NCBI RefSeq assembly: GCF_009914755.1
Contig: NC_060931.1
Reading direction: 5' to 3' (one strand)
DNA length: 64,000 nucleotides
Source: the human T2T-CHM13v2.0 reference genome, Homo sapiens
Shown here: one piece after another, positions 41,426 to 57,573 of the stretch
How positions within the stretch are numbered: the stretch's first letter is position 1
Layout of the letters: each line of letters starts with the position of its first letter
The notes under the pieces: generated by a model
Told to the model about the DNA's origin: nothing
What the model saw: only the letters and a program-made list of their open reading frames with translations
Database searches by the model: none
Translations under genes and position numbers: made by a program

Positions 41426-42977
41426 TTTCCTCATTATTTTTAACTGAAATGCAAATGTGCCTTGTTCTAGTATTCTAGGATCACACTTATTTTTCTTTGA
41501 TATCTATATATGGTTGTATTGTCTTCTGAAATTTAATTTTGCTATTGAGAATTCTGACTCTCTTTTATCCTGTTTAAAATATAATTACTTCACTATAGAT
41601 TTTAATTGCATCATTTTCCGAAACACATTGTATTTTTTTCATCTAAAAACATAGTACTTATGCATCATGAAAATCTGCATTACAGCATTGAATACTTTTT
41701 CTGTATTATTTGTTAAATTTTCTGTCTCTGCCTGTCTAGTTATCCTTTGGGTTTATCTCTATTTGTGCTACAGAGAAATCACCTTCTCCACTATTCAGTT
41801 TTTTATCTTTTGTATTTACTGTGATTGATTCAAAATTTTCTTCTCTGTCGCAGTTCAACATCCTGTGGTGTCTAATACATTTTACTTAGTTTTGTTTCTG
41901 ATTAGTTGTTTACCGGTATAATTTTGGTTCTGTTTGCTATCTCCTCTGCCCCTCACAAGAGCTAGATTATATAGTCATTTGATGACCAAGGAGACAGGAT
42001 CCAAGTGAGAAAGTAACGTTACTAAAGCCCAAAGTAGAGCTGAGATTCAAACTTAGATTTGCCTGACACCTGTTTATGTTCTACACTTCACCCAATTGAC
42101 TTTTCCTAGACAGTAAAATAATAGTAATTTTTTGTTGTTGTTTTATATCAAACTAACTGAGGCTGTAGTTTTACTCATCCATTACTTATACCAATGTTTT
42201 TGATTCTCTATTTTTTTCGTTATTTTGAACATTTGTACATAAGAATATAGGGTGCTTATTTAGTTGTTCATTTATTTAAGGATACTTTGCCATACAAAAG
42301 CTAAAGCCTAGCTGAGAGAAAACATTTTAATGAGTGGCCCATTTCAGTGATATTCGATATATGAGTAGAGGCTTCAGTAGTTGAAATGAGTTCTAAATTG
42401 CAAGATCTGCTGGGAAAGGCAACACACAACATTCAGTTTTACTTACATGCAACCTTGCTTAAAGGGAATATTGTAATAAGCAGAGTGCTTTCTTTGTATT
42501 TCTATAAATAAAAATTAGACCAATAAAATATTTGCTGTCTATAATCATAGACACTTAGGTATTTTCACCCCAGAACAGCTGGAAGTAAGGCAAAATAAAA
42601 TAAGATCATTTGCAAGATTACTAATCCTATAAAAAGTCTGAAAAATGAGGGATTTGAGAAGTTAATATAACTTTCATTTGTCAAACATACCTTTCTTTTC
42701 CTTGTGTGACTAAAGGTCTTAGAAAACTTGTCTTGATTAACTTCAGCCATTAATTAGATTGAGTCTGGCCAACTTCTCTTTATATTAGAACACAACCAGA
42801 AGAAAAAGTACTTGATAAGATAAACATAAATTTTTAATCTGTGGTTTTATGAAATGAACACTAAATCTGATTTTACACAATCATTTTGCTGGCACATTTA
42901 TAAACATAGCAAATTTTTATAGAAGATGTAATAGAACAAGTAATAGAGTAAGGTCATTAGGTGCAGATATGGCCTTC

Positions 42978-42995
42978 AAATAGATAATGAAGCAT

Positions 42996-43034
<39 letters not shown>
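42978..43034. repeat. (GT)n microsatellite, about 28 units
   Basis: Read directly. Confidence 0.97.
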
Positions 43035-43036
<2 letters not shown>

Positions 43037-44984
43037 GTGTGTACGTGTGTAAATAAGGAATGAAAGAGCATTTGAGACCCCTGTAGTGGACCAAATTCTC
43101 TCTGGGCACACTGGAGCATTCCATATTATGGGACTCTAACATTAAGCAGGCCTATCATTTGTTGTCCCTCACTCACTCTCCCTTAGGCTACTTTTACTCA
43201 AATGTAAATAAACTCTAAGAAAGTCAATAGATTATTAAAATTTTGTCTTTATTTTTTCTTAGTTTTATTGGGTAATTCATATTTTAATATTGTCCTTTGT
43301 TTTGGGTGAGCCAAGATGATTGCAAATTTTTATTATATCTTGACCATTTTTGAAATATCTAGGAGACATTCGTCTAATACATTTTGGGGCTTTTGAAATG
43401 TTTCAACATCTTATTTTTCTTAAGTTTATCCAGTACCGTCATGTCTCAGAACAAAGGGAATAACCTAGAGAGATGGAGATATTTTTCAGCAGCCACTTAA
43501 AAAGCTAAATTAGACTCTTCAAAGTCCAAGTGTTACCTGGAATATAGATAGCATTTTCTTTCCTTCTATATTGCAAAATTTTAGGGTTGACCTTTGTCTT
43601 ATAAACGTTTTAGATTCATACCTTAAATTAGTATTTGATGGGACCAAATGCTCTGCTGATTTAAACCTTCTGTCTCCATTTGAGATGTTCTACCTCTCTC
43701 CTCATGTCTGCACCTTAAACCCAGTGGTTTCTGTGGGATATTTACTCTTTGGTAATCATTTTAGCTCATTTACAGCTGAGCTAAGAAACAAGCGTCAGTC
43801 ATTGTGATTGTGACCAGCAAACATCCTCTTTCCTTTTCTAGGAGCACCACAAATAAATAGTTAAGACTTCACACTATTTTTCTCAGTTTCTTTGGAAGGA
43901 CCCGAACAGGTTTAATATGAAGTTTTTCATGGTGTTAAATAGGATGGTCAAGGTTTTGAGCACAATTCATTTTTCCTAAAGAACCAATTTTATTTTGCAG
44001 TAATGAATGGATATAATATCCCCCAAACAATTGTAAAAGTTATTTGTCTGTGTCAAATTAAGGATCAGGGAATTCTTTTTGTTTGTTTGTATTCTGTCCT
44101 GTTTCTCTTTTCTTTCCTGTAAGTGAATAAATATAACAATTTTTAAATCTGAAGATAGTGGTGACTCTTAAGGAAATGTGTTTTATTGTAGTTTTCTTTT
44201 TTTCAGTCCAAAGCATATGTGCTTTCATAGTATTTATTTACATGGAGTTCTGGCTAAAGCTATTCTGCATGAAAATAAACAGATTTATGAAAGGTACTAG
44301 TGCCTGAATATTTTGGTTTAAATATGGAAGTTCTATAATTGTCTGCTACCTGGCTTTTAAATGAGTGTTTCTCATGCAAAATAGCAAAAGACAAACAACA
44401 AAAAACTCAACATTTTCATTATTTAGAGCACTAAAACATATATATTTTATTCACTGGAGACAGAGAATATAAACATCCAAATCTCCAAATAATTACTAAA
44501 CCACATTTTAGCTTACAGTTCCAAACTTCTTATCTTCAAACAGAGAAAAAATGATTTTTATGCACTCTTCTTTACGGCTATTGAGCAACAAAATGCATTA
44601 AAAGTACAAAGTAATGTTCTGGCTGCATGTACAGGAGCCATAAGATGCAATATGTGTGTCATATAGAGCACTCCCTCTAAATGTTACGTTAATGCTAGCG
44701 TACATATTATACTATATATTATGTTCACAGCTCTGCTCTTCTTATAGATCCTTTTTCTGTGTTCTAAATAAATTCTGGATTAAAGTGTATGGTGCTTTGT
44801 TTCCTTTGATAAAATTAATATACCTTATTCTTTAGTGCGGTTCTAGGTTTACAGAAAAACTGAGTGAAGTACAGATTTCCTATTGATTCAGTGGTAATGT
44901 TTGAGAGGAAGCATTATATAATCCTATAATTAGGTGCCAATCTTTTAGAAAGCCTGTGTCTTAAGCCTGAGAAGTTTTGGAGCT

Positions 44985-45410
44985 TGTGTTAGTTTGTTTT
45001 GCATTGCACTAAAGAAATACCTGAGGCTGGGTAATTTACTTTAAAAATAGTTTTTTGGGGCTCACTGTTCCGTAGGCTATAGCAGAAGCATGGCACCAGC
45101 ATCTGTTTCTGGTCAGGACCTCAGGAAGCTTTTACTTACCATGGGAGGGAAAGAGTGAGCAGGTGGGTCACATAGAGAAAGAGCAAGAGAGAGAAAGAGA
45201 GAGGAGGGTATGCCAGTCTCCTTTAAACAACCAGTTCTCATGTGAACTAACAGACTGAGAACTCACTCATTACAAAGGGAAGGACAGCACCAAACCATTC
45301 ATGAGGGATCTGCTCCTATGACCCAAACAACTCCCACTAGGTCCATTTTCTACACTGGAGGGTTCATTTCAAGGTAAGATTTGGAGGAGTCCTACATCCA
45401 AACCATATCG
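44985..45410 (-). mobile_element. MSTB-like MaLR solo LTR
   Basis: tgtgttagtttg..aaagaaatacctgaggctgggtaattt..gaagcatggcaccagcatctg..ccattcatgagggatctg..catccaaaccatatc. Confidence 0.9.
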
Positions 45411-47544
45411 GTGCCTCCCAAACTCAAGTGAAATATCACATAAAAACTCTTTTCAGCTACCCTTTTAAGGGAATTGAAGAAGAACTGACATGTTATGGAT
45501 ACTTGGATTTTTTATTTATTTTTTGCTGGTTTGTATATATTTCTAATTTTACTTCACTTTGTGTCATGGATTTACTGTGAGTTTCAAGATATAGTAAATT
45601 ATTTAAATGAGAAAGCATTTGAAAATATATTTTCTAGACTATTACTGACATATTAGTATTCCAAATTGATTATTTCTTGATTATTACTAAAATTTCTAGG
45701 AAGTATTTATGTAATTCATTTGGGGCCTTTGAAATACTTTAACATTTATTTATCCAAAAGCTTTCCAGTACCCTAAACTTCTCATAAAAAAGAGAATAAT
45801 GTGGAAATAAGTGGAAATACTTTGAGTATCCTTCAAAACACTAAAATGAAAACTTCAGAGTTATTATAAAAAGTCTGTATGCTTTAGTTTCAAGTAAACA
45901 CTCAAAACCTATAATCAAAATATACATTATACTAATTCCTATAAAGTTGTTATCTATTTTTGGCAATGAATTAGAGTTAATAATGATAGCTCAGCAAAGG
46001 ACAAAATAGAAAAGGTTTAAAATCATGATAAGAGGCCTAAAAACCACAGCATACCGACTTAGTTTAACATTCAGCAAACTGATTCATTGGCCAGACTTTT
46101 TTCAAAGGCATTGTCATATTACATAAAAGAGAAATAATTGTAAGGCATTAGCCAACGTTATTGTGCATGAAAAATGTTTTAGAAATATTTTACCTGTGGT
46201 TGTTTAAAGTGTTGGGACTCTGGAGAATTTAACTTTGAAATCTCAGTTCCTGGGTAATGATGGATAAATGATGAGTTGTTGCATATAACTGAGTAACTTG
46301 ACTTGCACAAATTTTGACTTTCAATCAAACTAGACTTTCAGCAGAAGCATTACGAGCAAAATGAGAGCAACAGAATATGAGAGAAAACTCTTTTAGAATA
46401 ACATTATTTTCCAGTAAAATGCTATTTATAATTACTACTTCCTTTTTTTTTTTTTTAGTTTTGGTTTTGTTTTTGTTATTTTGGTATGATTTTTAATCCT
46501 CAAATTTCTTTAAAAAGAAAATTTTCCGTAGTGGGCTGCCTTTATACTTAGGACTACGACAGTCTCACTATTTGAGAATGTCTGCTCCTTATGGGCTGAG
46601 AGAATTTTAAAATGTTCACTTTTCAGCTAAACTTTGGTAAACATCTTTTGTTATGAATAAAATTGTTGATGTCTTGTTTTTGGCTATGCTTTTAAAAAAA
46701 GTCCACTTTTTCCAGTATAAATTTACAAATTCAATATTAATTTAAAATGGAATTTTTAAACCCTCAAGCCTTTTTTTCATTAATTTCAAAATAGACATCT
46801 ATTTTTTAAATAATTCAAATTTAAGATCGCATGAAATTTTAAGGAACTGACCTAGCTTATTCTTTTCTAGTTCAACAAAGTGAAAATATTTTATGCAACA
46901 ATCACAGTCTCATTGGTGACCTTTCCAAATATAAGTTGTTTGTGAAATTTCTGTCATATTGCACAAGATCAAGAATATACACTAGCAATTAAAATTCATT
47001 GCAAAATGATTAGGAAATATTTGAATAGAGGGTCTTGGTTTACAAGTGTATATGATGGGGCCATATTTTGACTCAAGTGCATATAGTTTCAATAGGACCC
47101 AATCTCATGATCAATTTATTGTAATAGTCAATATTTAGAAAATGTGTTTTCCAGTTACAAAAATGCTGTATATGTGATTTTAGTCATGTTTAACAGTTCA
47201 TATTTTATTGTTCTTCTATGGTTTACCCCAATTAATTATGTCCTTATGGTTTCCACCTGTTCCAGGTCATCTTGATTTCTCTTTTCATTGCCTATATCCT
47301 TCTTTAACGACTTGTGATCTTCCGCTGCTTACTTGTTTTCACAAGCAAACGTCTCTCAAAATTTATGCAAGCCAGGTTATTCAGAGTTTCTATGGCAGTG
47401 GTAGTTTCACAAGAGGTAGAAAGAATCATGGCCTAGAAAACATTAGACTGGCTGGCTGGGCCTTTCACCTCTGGTGCATGTGTGAAGGAGAGATAAAGAA
47501 CAAGTTGCTGGCTTTCTCAAATGTAAACGGGGATAGAATATCAT

Positions 47545-47698
47545 TGACTAGAAGGCTTGCCAAAAGTGATTGCTAGGCCACATCCTGGAGTTTCTAAATC
47601 AGAGGGTCTAGAGTAGGGTCCAAGAATGTACATTTCTTGTAAGTCACCAAGTGATGCCAAAGCTGCTGGTCCAAAGACCACACTTGGAGAATCATTGT
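47545..47698. mobile_element. MER5A (hAT-Charlie MITE)
   Basis: gattgctaggcc..agtttct..ggtct..ccaagaat.tacatttct..gtgatgc..gctgctggtcca..gaccacactt.gagaa.ca.tg. Confidence 0.75.
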
Positions 47699-47922
47699 CT
47701 AAGAACTACACTGCAAATTGCTGTTAACGCTCCCTTGATGAACGAGAAGAGCCAGCCACTTTCAGAACTACTTGCATTAGGTGGCTAGAGGGTTGTCTTT
47801 TCCCTATTCCTAGAGATAATTGTGATGTCACCTTCATCCCCCCCCCATGTCACATACCCTTGAAAATGTGGATTTGGTGGTATCCTCTCAGAATCTGCAA
47901 AACAAAGAATAACATGCTAAGC

Positions 47923-48441
47923 CAGGCGTCCCCAACCCCGGGTACTGGTCCATGGCCTGTTAGAAACCTAGAAACTGGGCTGCACAGCAAGAGGTGAGCA
48001 GTGGGTGAATTAGCAAAGTTTCATGTGTATTTACAGCTGCTCCCTATTGCTCCCATTACTGCCTAAGCTCTGCCTCCTATCAGATTGGCTATGGCATTAG
48101 AGTCTCATTGGACCATGAACCCTATTGTGAATTGCATGTCAGAGGGATTTGGTTGCATGTTCCTTATAAGAATTGAATGCCTGATGATCTCTTGCTGTCT
48201 CCCATCACCCCCAGAAGGGACCATCTAGTTGCAGGAAAACAAGTTCAGGGTTCCCACTGATTCTACATTATGGGGAGTTGTATAATTATTTCATTATATA
48301 TTACAATGTAATAATAATAGAAATAAAGTGCACAATAAATGTAATGCACTTATCCAGAAATCATCCCTCCTGCTCCCTGTCTATAAAAAATTTGTTTTCC
48401 ATAAAACCGGTCCCTGGTGCTAAAAAGGTTGGGGACCACTG
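47923..48441 (+). mobile_element. MER1A (hAT-Charlie), complete
   Basis: TIRs caggcgtccccaacc / ggttggggaccactg; 8-bp TSD tgctaagc/tattaagc. Confidence 0.92.
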
Positions 48442-48880
48442 TATTAAGCAACTAAGCTTTAATTGGAGGCGCAAGCAGGCATTATTATACCTGGAACTTT
48501 TTCAGGAATTCTCAGGATAACAGCTTTATTAATGCTATCTCACAGGATCCAAGGGTTGGCTCCAATAGGATAGAATTGGTTTCCTGAGGAATTTAACTAG
48601 GATATCCTGATAAAGCAAGGGGTCAGAAACATTGGCTCAGGTTTCCCTTTCTCTGAATCGAGCTCTATCCCTTTCCCATTAATATGTGCTAATCCTTAAT
48701 TATGTTTTTTTATCCCTTCCTCTACTAATATATGCCATACATTTTATGCAGACTGATCTATATTTTATTAATCTGATCACTGTCCTATTTTCTTATAAAA
48801 TAGGTAGAGTACATTAAGTAACCAGTAAAAATATTATATTGTCAGTAGATTTTGTAAGAGAGTCCTGATTGACACAGATA

Positions 48881-49203
48881 CAGGTCCATAATCCCTTATG
48901 AAAAACCCCAATGTCCAAAAGGCTCTAGAAAGGAAGTAAATGACACGTTGTAACTTATTTTGGGGAAAGAAAACCAAGAGAACATGATTTAAACTGACAT
49001 GAAAATATTTATAGGGTAACTTTCCCGTTTACTTTGAATAATTGTATGTTTCACTGCAGCAACAGTAGTATATGTAATTATGAACTGCCGTTCCAGTTCC
49101 AGATGGAGATATTATATAATATAGATTACATGGTCCAAATTCTAAATCTGGGGTTTTGAACTCACTGGACTCCACAGGTTTTGGATAGAGGACAGTGGAT
49201 TCA
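48881..49203. mobile_element. Ancient Tigger-type MITE (Tigger16-like)
   Basis: TA-flanked degenerate TIRs caggtccataatcccttat / ttttggatagaggacagtggattca. Confidence 0.55.
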
Positions 49204-50099
49204 TATAAACATGCATATTATAAAGGTCAATTTGCTTACTTTGTGTGATGTTGGACCCAATTTGATTCTATATTACTTTTTTTTAAGTACACAAAAGCAC
49301 TCCATGCAATATGCAAAATGCATAATGATACACTTTTATTTTGAAATTTTTTATAATTTGATTACAATAATAAAAATACATCATTTTTATTAAGTCTGAC
49401 AATTTCGTAGATGGCAAAGTTAGAAAAACCAATATCTGAAAACTTCAGGGCTTTCTCTCCTCCTTTTGACTTGTAGAGGAGAAATCGGATTTACCTGCCC
49501 AGACAGCTATAGGAACCTAATAGTCTTCTGTCCATAGCTGTCACCATGTGTCTGCATCTTGCACAAATTTGAGTAATCTACTCAAAATTACATAGCTCCT
49601 CAGGCTTTTCAAAATATTATTGTTGGCTAAAAAACCTTTGTCTATACTCCCAAGGGAATGGAGCTAAGTACCCAGCTCTTAAGGAACCCACATTAATCTG
49701 AGATCCTACAGATAAAGAGGTGTTGCTTTATAATAGACTCATGTCTCTCAAGTTCCTGTTACAAACATTTCTATTTGAAAGTTTCTTAAAATACAGATTC
49801 ATGGATCCTAATCTGAGCCTAATTAGTAACTCAACAGAAATGGCTTTGTTATCCGTAAATTTAAGAAATAAATTATTCTAGTATTTGTCAGTTTTAGAAA
49901 AAAAAAATCCACAGAATCTTTTGAGCACCAAGAGTAAAAGGAAAGAGAAGTCAAAATTATTTTCTATAGAAAGTAGAGGGAATAAGACATTCTAGTTAAT
50001 CAACTACTCTGGTATATGCTTAGTTTCCTTCTTTAACACACAGGCATTACTAGTTTTCAAAATATAAAAATTACATATAATTTTATTATTTAGGAGAAA

Positions 50100-50600
50100 A
50101 ATCCAAAGTTCTGTGGCCTGAATTAATGAGAATACTCATGATAATGTGCTTTAAGAAAGAGTTTAGAGGTAGGCATTATGATTATCAGTGTTATCAAGGA
50201 TCCAGAATCCTTTAGCCTTGCCCCTCTGCCATTTTCAGTGCATTGGTTGACTATCCCGTTATGGTTACACTATGGCTGCTGCAGCCTAAAACACCATACC
50301 TCCTTAAAACATCCGTCTTCAAAGAAGGAAGAAAAGAGTTGTTAGCAAGAGAGGCTTCACGTCACATATTTCTATTCCTTATCATAAATGAAATGACTTT
50401 CCCAGAAGCCTACAGCATTCTTGTATGTCATATTGTCCTGTGCCTTATATAATGTCCTTAATTTTAAATAATTACTGAAATTGGCTGCTGGAGTACCATG
50501 TCTTGACATATGGTCTATTCCTTTGTAATGGGCAATTTTCTGCCTTAACAAAATCAGGGAATAGCTATTCGTGTTGCAAAATGGTGCAAGATACAACCAT
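50100..50600 (-). mobile_element. Ancient ERVL LTR (LTR33-like)
   Basis: tcaaggatccaga..ctctgccatt.tcag..atggtt..atggctgctgcagc..ttcccagaagcc motifs. Confidence 0.5.
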
Positions 50601-53600
50601 TAACACCAATACCTTGCTGAAAATAATTTAGCATCTACTGATCCAAAGTACATTATAGGATGTAGAATGCAGAATAATCCACATAAACACTAATTATGAT
50701 GATGTCGGAGTTGGGCACAAAATTATGGTTTAGGTTATCTTATGAATTTGTCATACTTCCTTTGGCTTACAGTCTTCCTGTTCACCTCCTTAATTTTCTT
50801 CCAAATCTATTATATCACTCATTGTTCCATTCAGTAGGTTACTTCTTAATGTATAACTTATAAGAAAGCTTGCTAAAGGAAGTTAGAATACTTTGTTAAA
50901 TGAGAAATCAACACAATCAAAAGCAAATTTTAAGAATTTCTTAAGTCTCAATGTTCCATGATCATTTACTAAACATTTATTACTATTTCAAATGTAAAAT
51001 GTTTTCATTTGAGTTATGTTATTGAGATAATGCTCTTCAAAACTCTTTACAGTAGCTCTATTGATAAGATTTTTTTTAAAAAAATCAAATAACATGTACC
51101 TTCAAATAATCTAGAGTAACCTAAAGTATAATAATTCTACCTCATACCATAAGCATTAAGAGGATGGGTTATCATAATTGATACAGGCTTTGCTCTTTCT
51201 ATAATCAATGTGACATCTTTTTTAACAGAGATGATCTGGATGGAATTTTTATATTTAACTAGAAACAAAAGGTCTCCCTTATAGAACATTTGAAAAATCT
51301 TTCAGATTATAAACAAATACATATTTACATATTTCTAAACTTAAAAAAATGCCATGATAAAAGTGAAATTTTTTCTCAGAAAAAAACAAGTACCTATAAA
51401 CAACAAACTTTTCTATATATCCCTTTGAAAAAAGTAAGTTGAAACCAATGGTGAATAATTTGTTCCTTTCTTATAGAAAATCTTAATTGCACCAAAAATA
51501 CACATGTAGGTTATAGGAGATTTCCAGTAACTTGAAACAGTTACTTCATTAGTTTTTTTGTTTTTCTGATTTAAATCATTTATGTTTCTGTGCCTATATT
51601 CTGCATAAAATTTATTAGACATCAATAGCTTTTCTTTTTTTACAAAAAAAAAAACATGGTCAATTTGAGGAAATAAGACAAAAATGACAGTAATTTCAGA
51701 GATATATAGAGAAAACAAATAAGATGAAGGCTATAATAGTTCTAATGGATTGCTATAAAAATGGCCCTTGTATGTGGTGTGAGAGGAAAGAACCCAGGTA
51801 GACTCCAGTGCATTCCTTTAGTCCGGGAGATTAAAATGAGATTCTAGGAAAACCTAGTAATCTAGAGTATGCAGGATGCAGCACTAGATTAGATAGATAG
51901 AGACCTGTATATGTGTGTAGAGATTAGCCCTTGAGTATTTGCCTGAGTACTAATGAACACACATGTGTGAATAAACCATTTGGGTAAGAGAAAGAACTAT
52001 GTGATAGAACTAGAGACAACAGCACCAGGGATTCAAGCTAAGCTGGAATCGTGCCTATTCCACAAGTCAACTGTAAAATCTCAAGATTTGTGGAGCACTA
52101 GATAGAGTTTATAGAGAGATTTTAACTCAGTGGAGAATGATTAGCCCCAAGCTTTTGGGCTCAACTCAGAACTAGCAAATTGCAAGTCAGTCAAAAGGAT
52201 TAAACTATTTTTAATTAACTTAACTACATCACAGAGCAAAGTTCAATAATATTTATGAAAACACAAACATGCTGTGAAGCTAGCAAAATAAATAGGAATC
52301 CCGAAAAAAAAACTACAGATCTACAATAATGCAGGAACATATGACCTAAAAAGGGAATGTATATTAATTGATCAAAACTAATCCAGAACTAACATAGGTA
52401 TCATAATTAGCATACAAGAAAATTAAATTAGTTATAATAACTGTATTCAAAACGTAGAGACATAAGGACATAAAATGATAAAAATTGAAGCTCTAGCAAT
52501 AAAAACTCTTAAGTTTGAAAATAAAAATACAGTGGACAAAATTAATGACCAATCAGATATTACAGAAGAAAAGTTAGTAAACTGGATATCATAGCAATAG
52601 AAAATATCAAAAATGAAAAAAGAGAGATAAAACAGTAATAAAAACAATGAGTATAGTATCAGTGAGATGTAGAAAAATTTTGAGTTGCTTAATATACATG
52701 TAATCATAGTCCCAGAAGGAGAGAAGAAAGAGAGGAAACAAAAAAAGTATATATTTTGAAGAAATACCTGCCAAAGATCTTACAAATTAGATTAAAACTA
52801 TAAGCCCAAGAACCAAAAAGTTCAATGAACTCCAAAATATAAGAAAAAGAGAATCACATCAAATCATATAATAATCAAATTGGAAAAATTTAAAAACAGC
52901 CAGAGTAGACAGTGTTAGATACAGAACAGAGACAACAATAAAGGTAAATGTCTCATTGAAACCAATGCAAGTGTGAAGACAATGGAGAAACATTTTATAA
53001 GTAGTAAAGAAAAAATAAACTATCATTTTAGAATACTATGACCAGTAAACATATATTTCAAAAACAAAGAGTAAATGAAATTTTTTAGAGGTATAAAATC
53101 ATAAAGAATGTATCTCTAGTAGCCATAATTCAAGAAAGGTTTTAAAAAGTTATTTGGGCATAAAAAAATTAACACCATAAGGCTGTATGCATTTAATTTT
53201 TATAAAAGATGACCACTGGAAATGGAAACTACATAAGTAAAAATCATAATTATTCTTATTTACATCTCTTGAAAACATAAGTTACTACTTAAATAAAAAA
53301 TATTAACAGCATAATAGGATGCTTCAAAGATATCTAATGATAAATGCATAACAATAGCACAAATTTGGCAGAGAAGTAGAAGTATGTATTTTATGTTTCT
53401 TCAGCTATATGTGAACATCATAAAGGTAGACTGACAAATTAAAAATACATATTGTAAATCTTAAGGTAACATCAAAATTAATAAAACAATGAATTATAAT
53501 ATGGCAACAAATGAAATAAAATGCAACACAAAATTCAATTAATTCAGATGACAAAAAAAGAGGAAAAAACAAAAGAGAAGTATAACTATAAAACAAATAT

Positions 53601-54030
53601 CCTGATGATAGATTTAAAATTAACCATATGTATAATCAAATTAAGTATAAATAATCTATAAACGGTTACAAAATTGTCAGAGATTGTCAGATTGTACTAA
53701 AAATTAAGATTCAACCACTATGAAAAGTGAGTTGAAGTGGCTTTTTTAATATTAGACAAAGTGTATTTCAGAAGAAAAAAATACAACCAGGCTAAAGAAA
53801 CGAATTTCATGATGATAAAGTGAATAATTCATCAAGAATGTCTAATGACCCTAAAATTTTTGCACCTAGTAATAGATCCAGGTATGTGAAGCAAAAACTG
53901 GTTGAAATTCAAGAAGAAATTTAAAAGCACCAATATTATTTGAAATTTTAACACATTTCTGTCAATTATTAATAGAACAAGTAGACATAAAGATTTGAAC
54001 AACACTATCAACCAATTTGATCCAATTGAC

Positions 54031-54334
<304 letters not shown>

Positions 54335-55023
54335 CCAATTGACATTTATAGAACACACCACCCTGTAACAGCTAAATATCTTGTTCATTGCACAAATAAG
54401 ACTATATTCTGGGCAATACAATATCAATTAATTTAACAAATTTTCAGCCAAATATGGTATGTTCTTTGAGCAAAATGATATTTAATTAGAAATCAATAAC
54501 AGAATAATCTCTGGAACAATCCAAAATCGAGGAAACTAAATAGCAAATTTAATTTTTCAGTGCTATTTAGCACTCAAAAACATGTATTTAGCTGATGATT
54601 AGTGTTCTATAAATGTTAGTGGGGTCAAATTGATTGACAGTGTTGTTCAAATCTTCCCTATTCTTAGTAATTTTCTGTCTAATTGTTCTGTTAATTATTG
54701 AGAGATGGATATTGAAATTCCAAATAGTAATGGTTGGAAATTTAAAAACTGTGTTACGTAGTTTTAAAGATCTGGCCATTGTGCTATTTAGTTTCTAATT
54801 ATTAAATGTATATATCCATTTGGAATCATAGTAATCCTTAGTGTCAAAAAATTTGGAAGTGGAAATTTAAAAGTATTTCAAAACTAAATTAAAATGAATT
54901 AAAAAACATCAGAATGTTTGGGATTATTCTTGAGCGGTACTTACAGAGAAAAATCTTGTTCTAAATGCATATATAAATAAAAAAGATCTCAAATTATTAA
55001 CTTCAATTTACACCTTAAAATTA

Positions 55024-55187
55024 TATATTATATATTACATGTATAATATATATGTATATTATATATTACATATATAATATATATGTATATTATATATTAC
55101 ATATATAATATATATGTATATTATATATTACATATATAATATATATGTATATTATATATTACATATATAATATATATGTATATTATA
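55024..55187. repeat. 31-bp AT-rich minisatellite, about 5.3 copies
   Basis: Unit tatattatatattacatatataatatatatg; its single C recurs at 55038, 55069, 55100, 55131 and 55162. Confidence 0.95.
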
Positions 55188-55432
55188 TTGTATATGTATA
55201 TATAATCAATTAAACCAAAGCTAGTTCTTTGAGATCAACAAAATTGAAAAACCTCCAGCCAGACTGATCATGAGTTGGTGGGAAAGAGAAAACACAAAAT
55301 ATCAATACCAGTATTGAGAGAGATGACATCAGTATAAATTTTATAACTACTGAAAGGATAATGGGGAATGTTGTAAAATTGTCAAACCAATAAATTTTAC
55401 AACGTTGATGAAATAGCCAAATTCTTTGAAAG

Positions 55433-55962
55433 TGTCAATCAAAGAAAATGACGAGAGAAGTCTCAATCATTTTTGGAGATTTATTTGCCAAAGTTAAAGA
55501 CTCATCCAGGAGACAGGTCTATGCCTTTTTCTGAAGATGATTTTGAGGGCTCCAAATTTAAAGGGGAAAGGGTGGGATATTGAGAAGCTCACAGTTTTCA
55601 CTTAAACAAAAGGAGCAAAGGAAAAATGTGGGGAATCTGCATTTTACATAAGATAATACAGACAAAATGGGGGAGGGGAACAATATGATGTACATTTGTG
55701 TCTGCCAGGCTGAGGTTACTCCACCTGTAAAGATAAACTATCAATTAGTCTTGTCATGGAGAAGTTTTAACAGCTAAGTTTTAACAGCTCACCAGGAATT
55801 TCTTTGTTGGCAAAAAATGGGGAAGGTGGGTAGCTTTTAATCTCCTAACCATTTTATTTAGGAACCAAAAGGTGGAGTCAAGTTTGCGTGACTCAGTTCC
55901 CAGCTTGACTTTTCCCTTTGGCTAAATAAGTTTGGGGTCCCAAAATTTAATTTCTTTTCACA
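55433..55962 (-). mobile_element. MER4C-like solo LTR (ERV1)
   Basis: TG...CA ends; cagttcccagcttgacttttccctttggct..tttggggtccc..ttttcaca; perfect 4-bp TSD aaag. Confidence 0.9.
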
Positions 55963-56080
55963 AAAGAAACAAATGATCAAAGCCAACGCATAAATAGATA
56001 ACTCAAATAGTCTTTTATTTATTAAAGACATAGTACATATAATTAGAAACTTTTTTCTGGTGAATACTACAAATGTTTTT

Positions 56081-57573
<1,493 letters not shown>

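Noticed and set aside
55024-55187. CRISPR-like array
   Set aside because: Head-to-tail repeats with no spacers, in eukaryotic DNA.
55762-55789. 14-bp tandem duplication aagttttaacagct
   Set aside because: A trivial slippage event inside the MER4C LTR.
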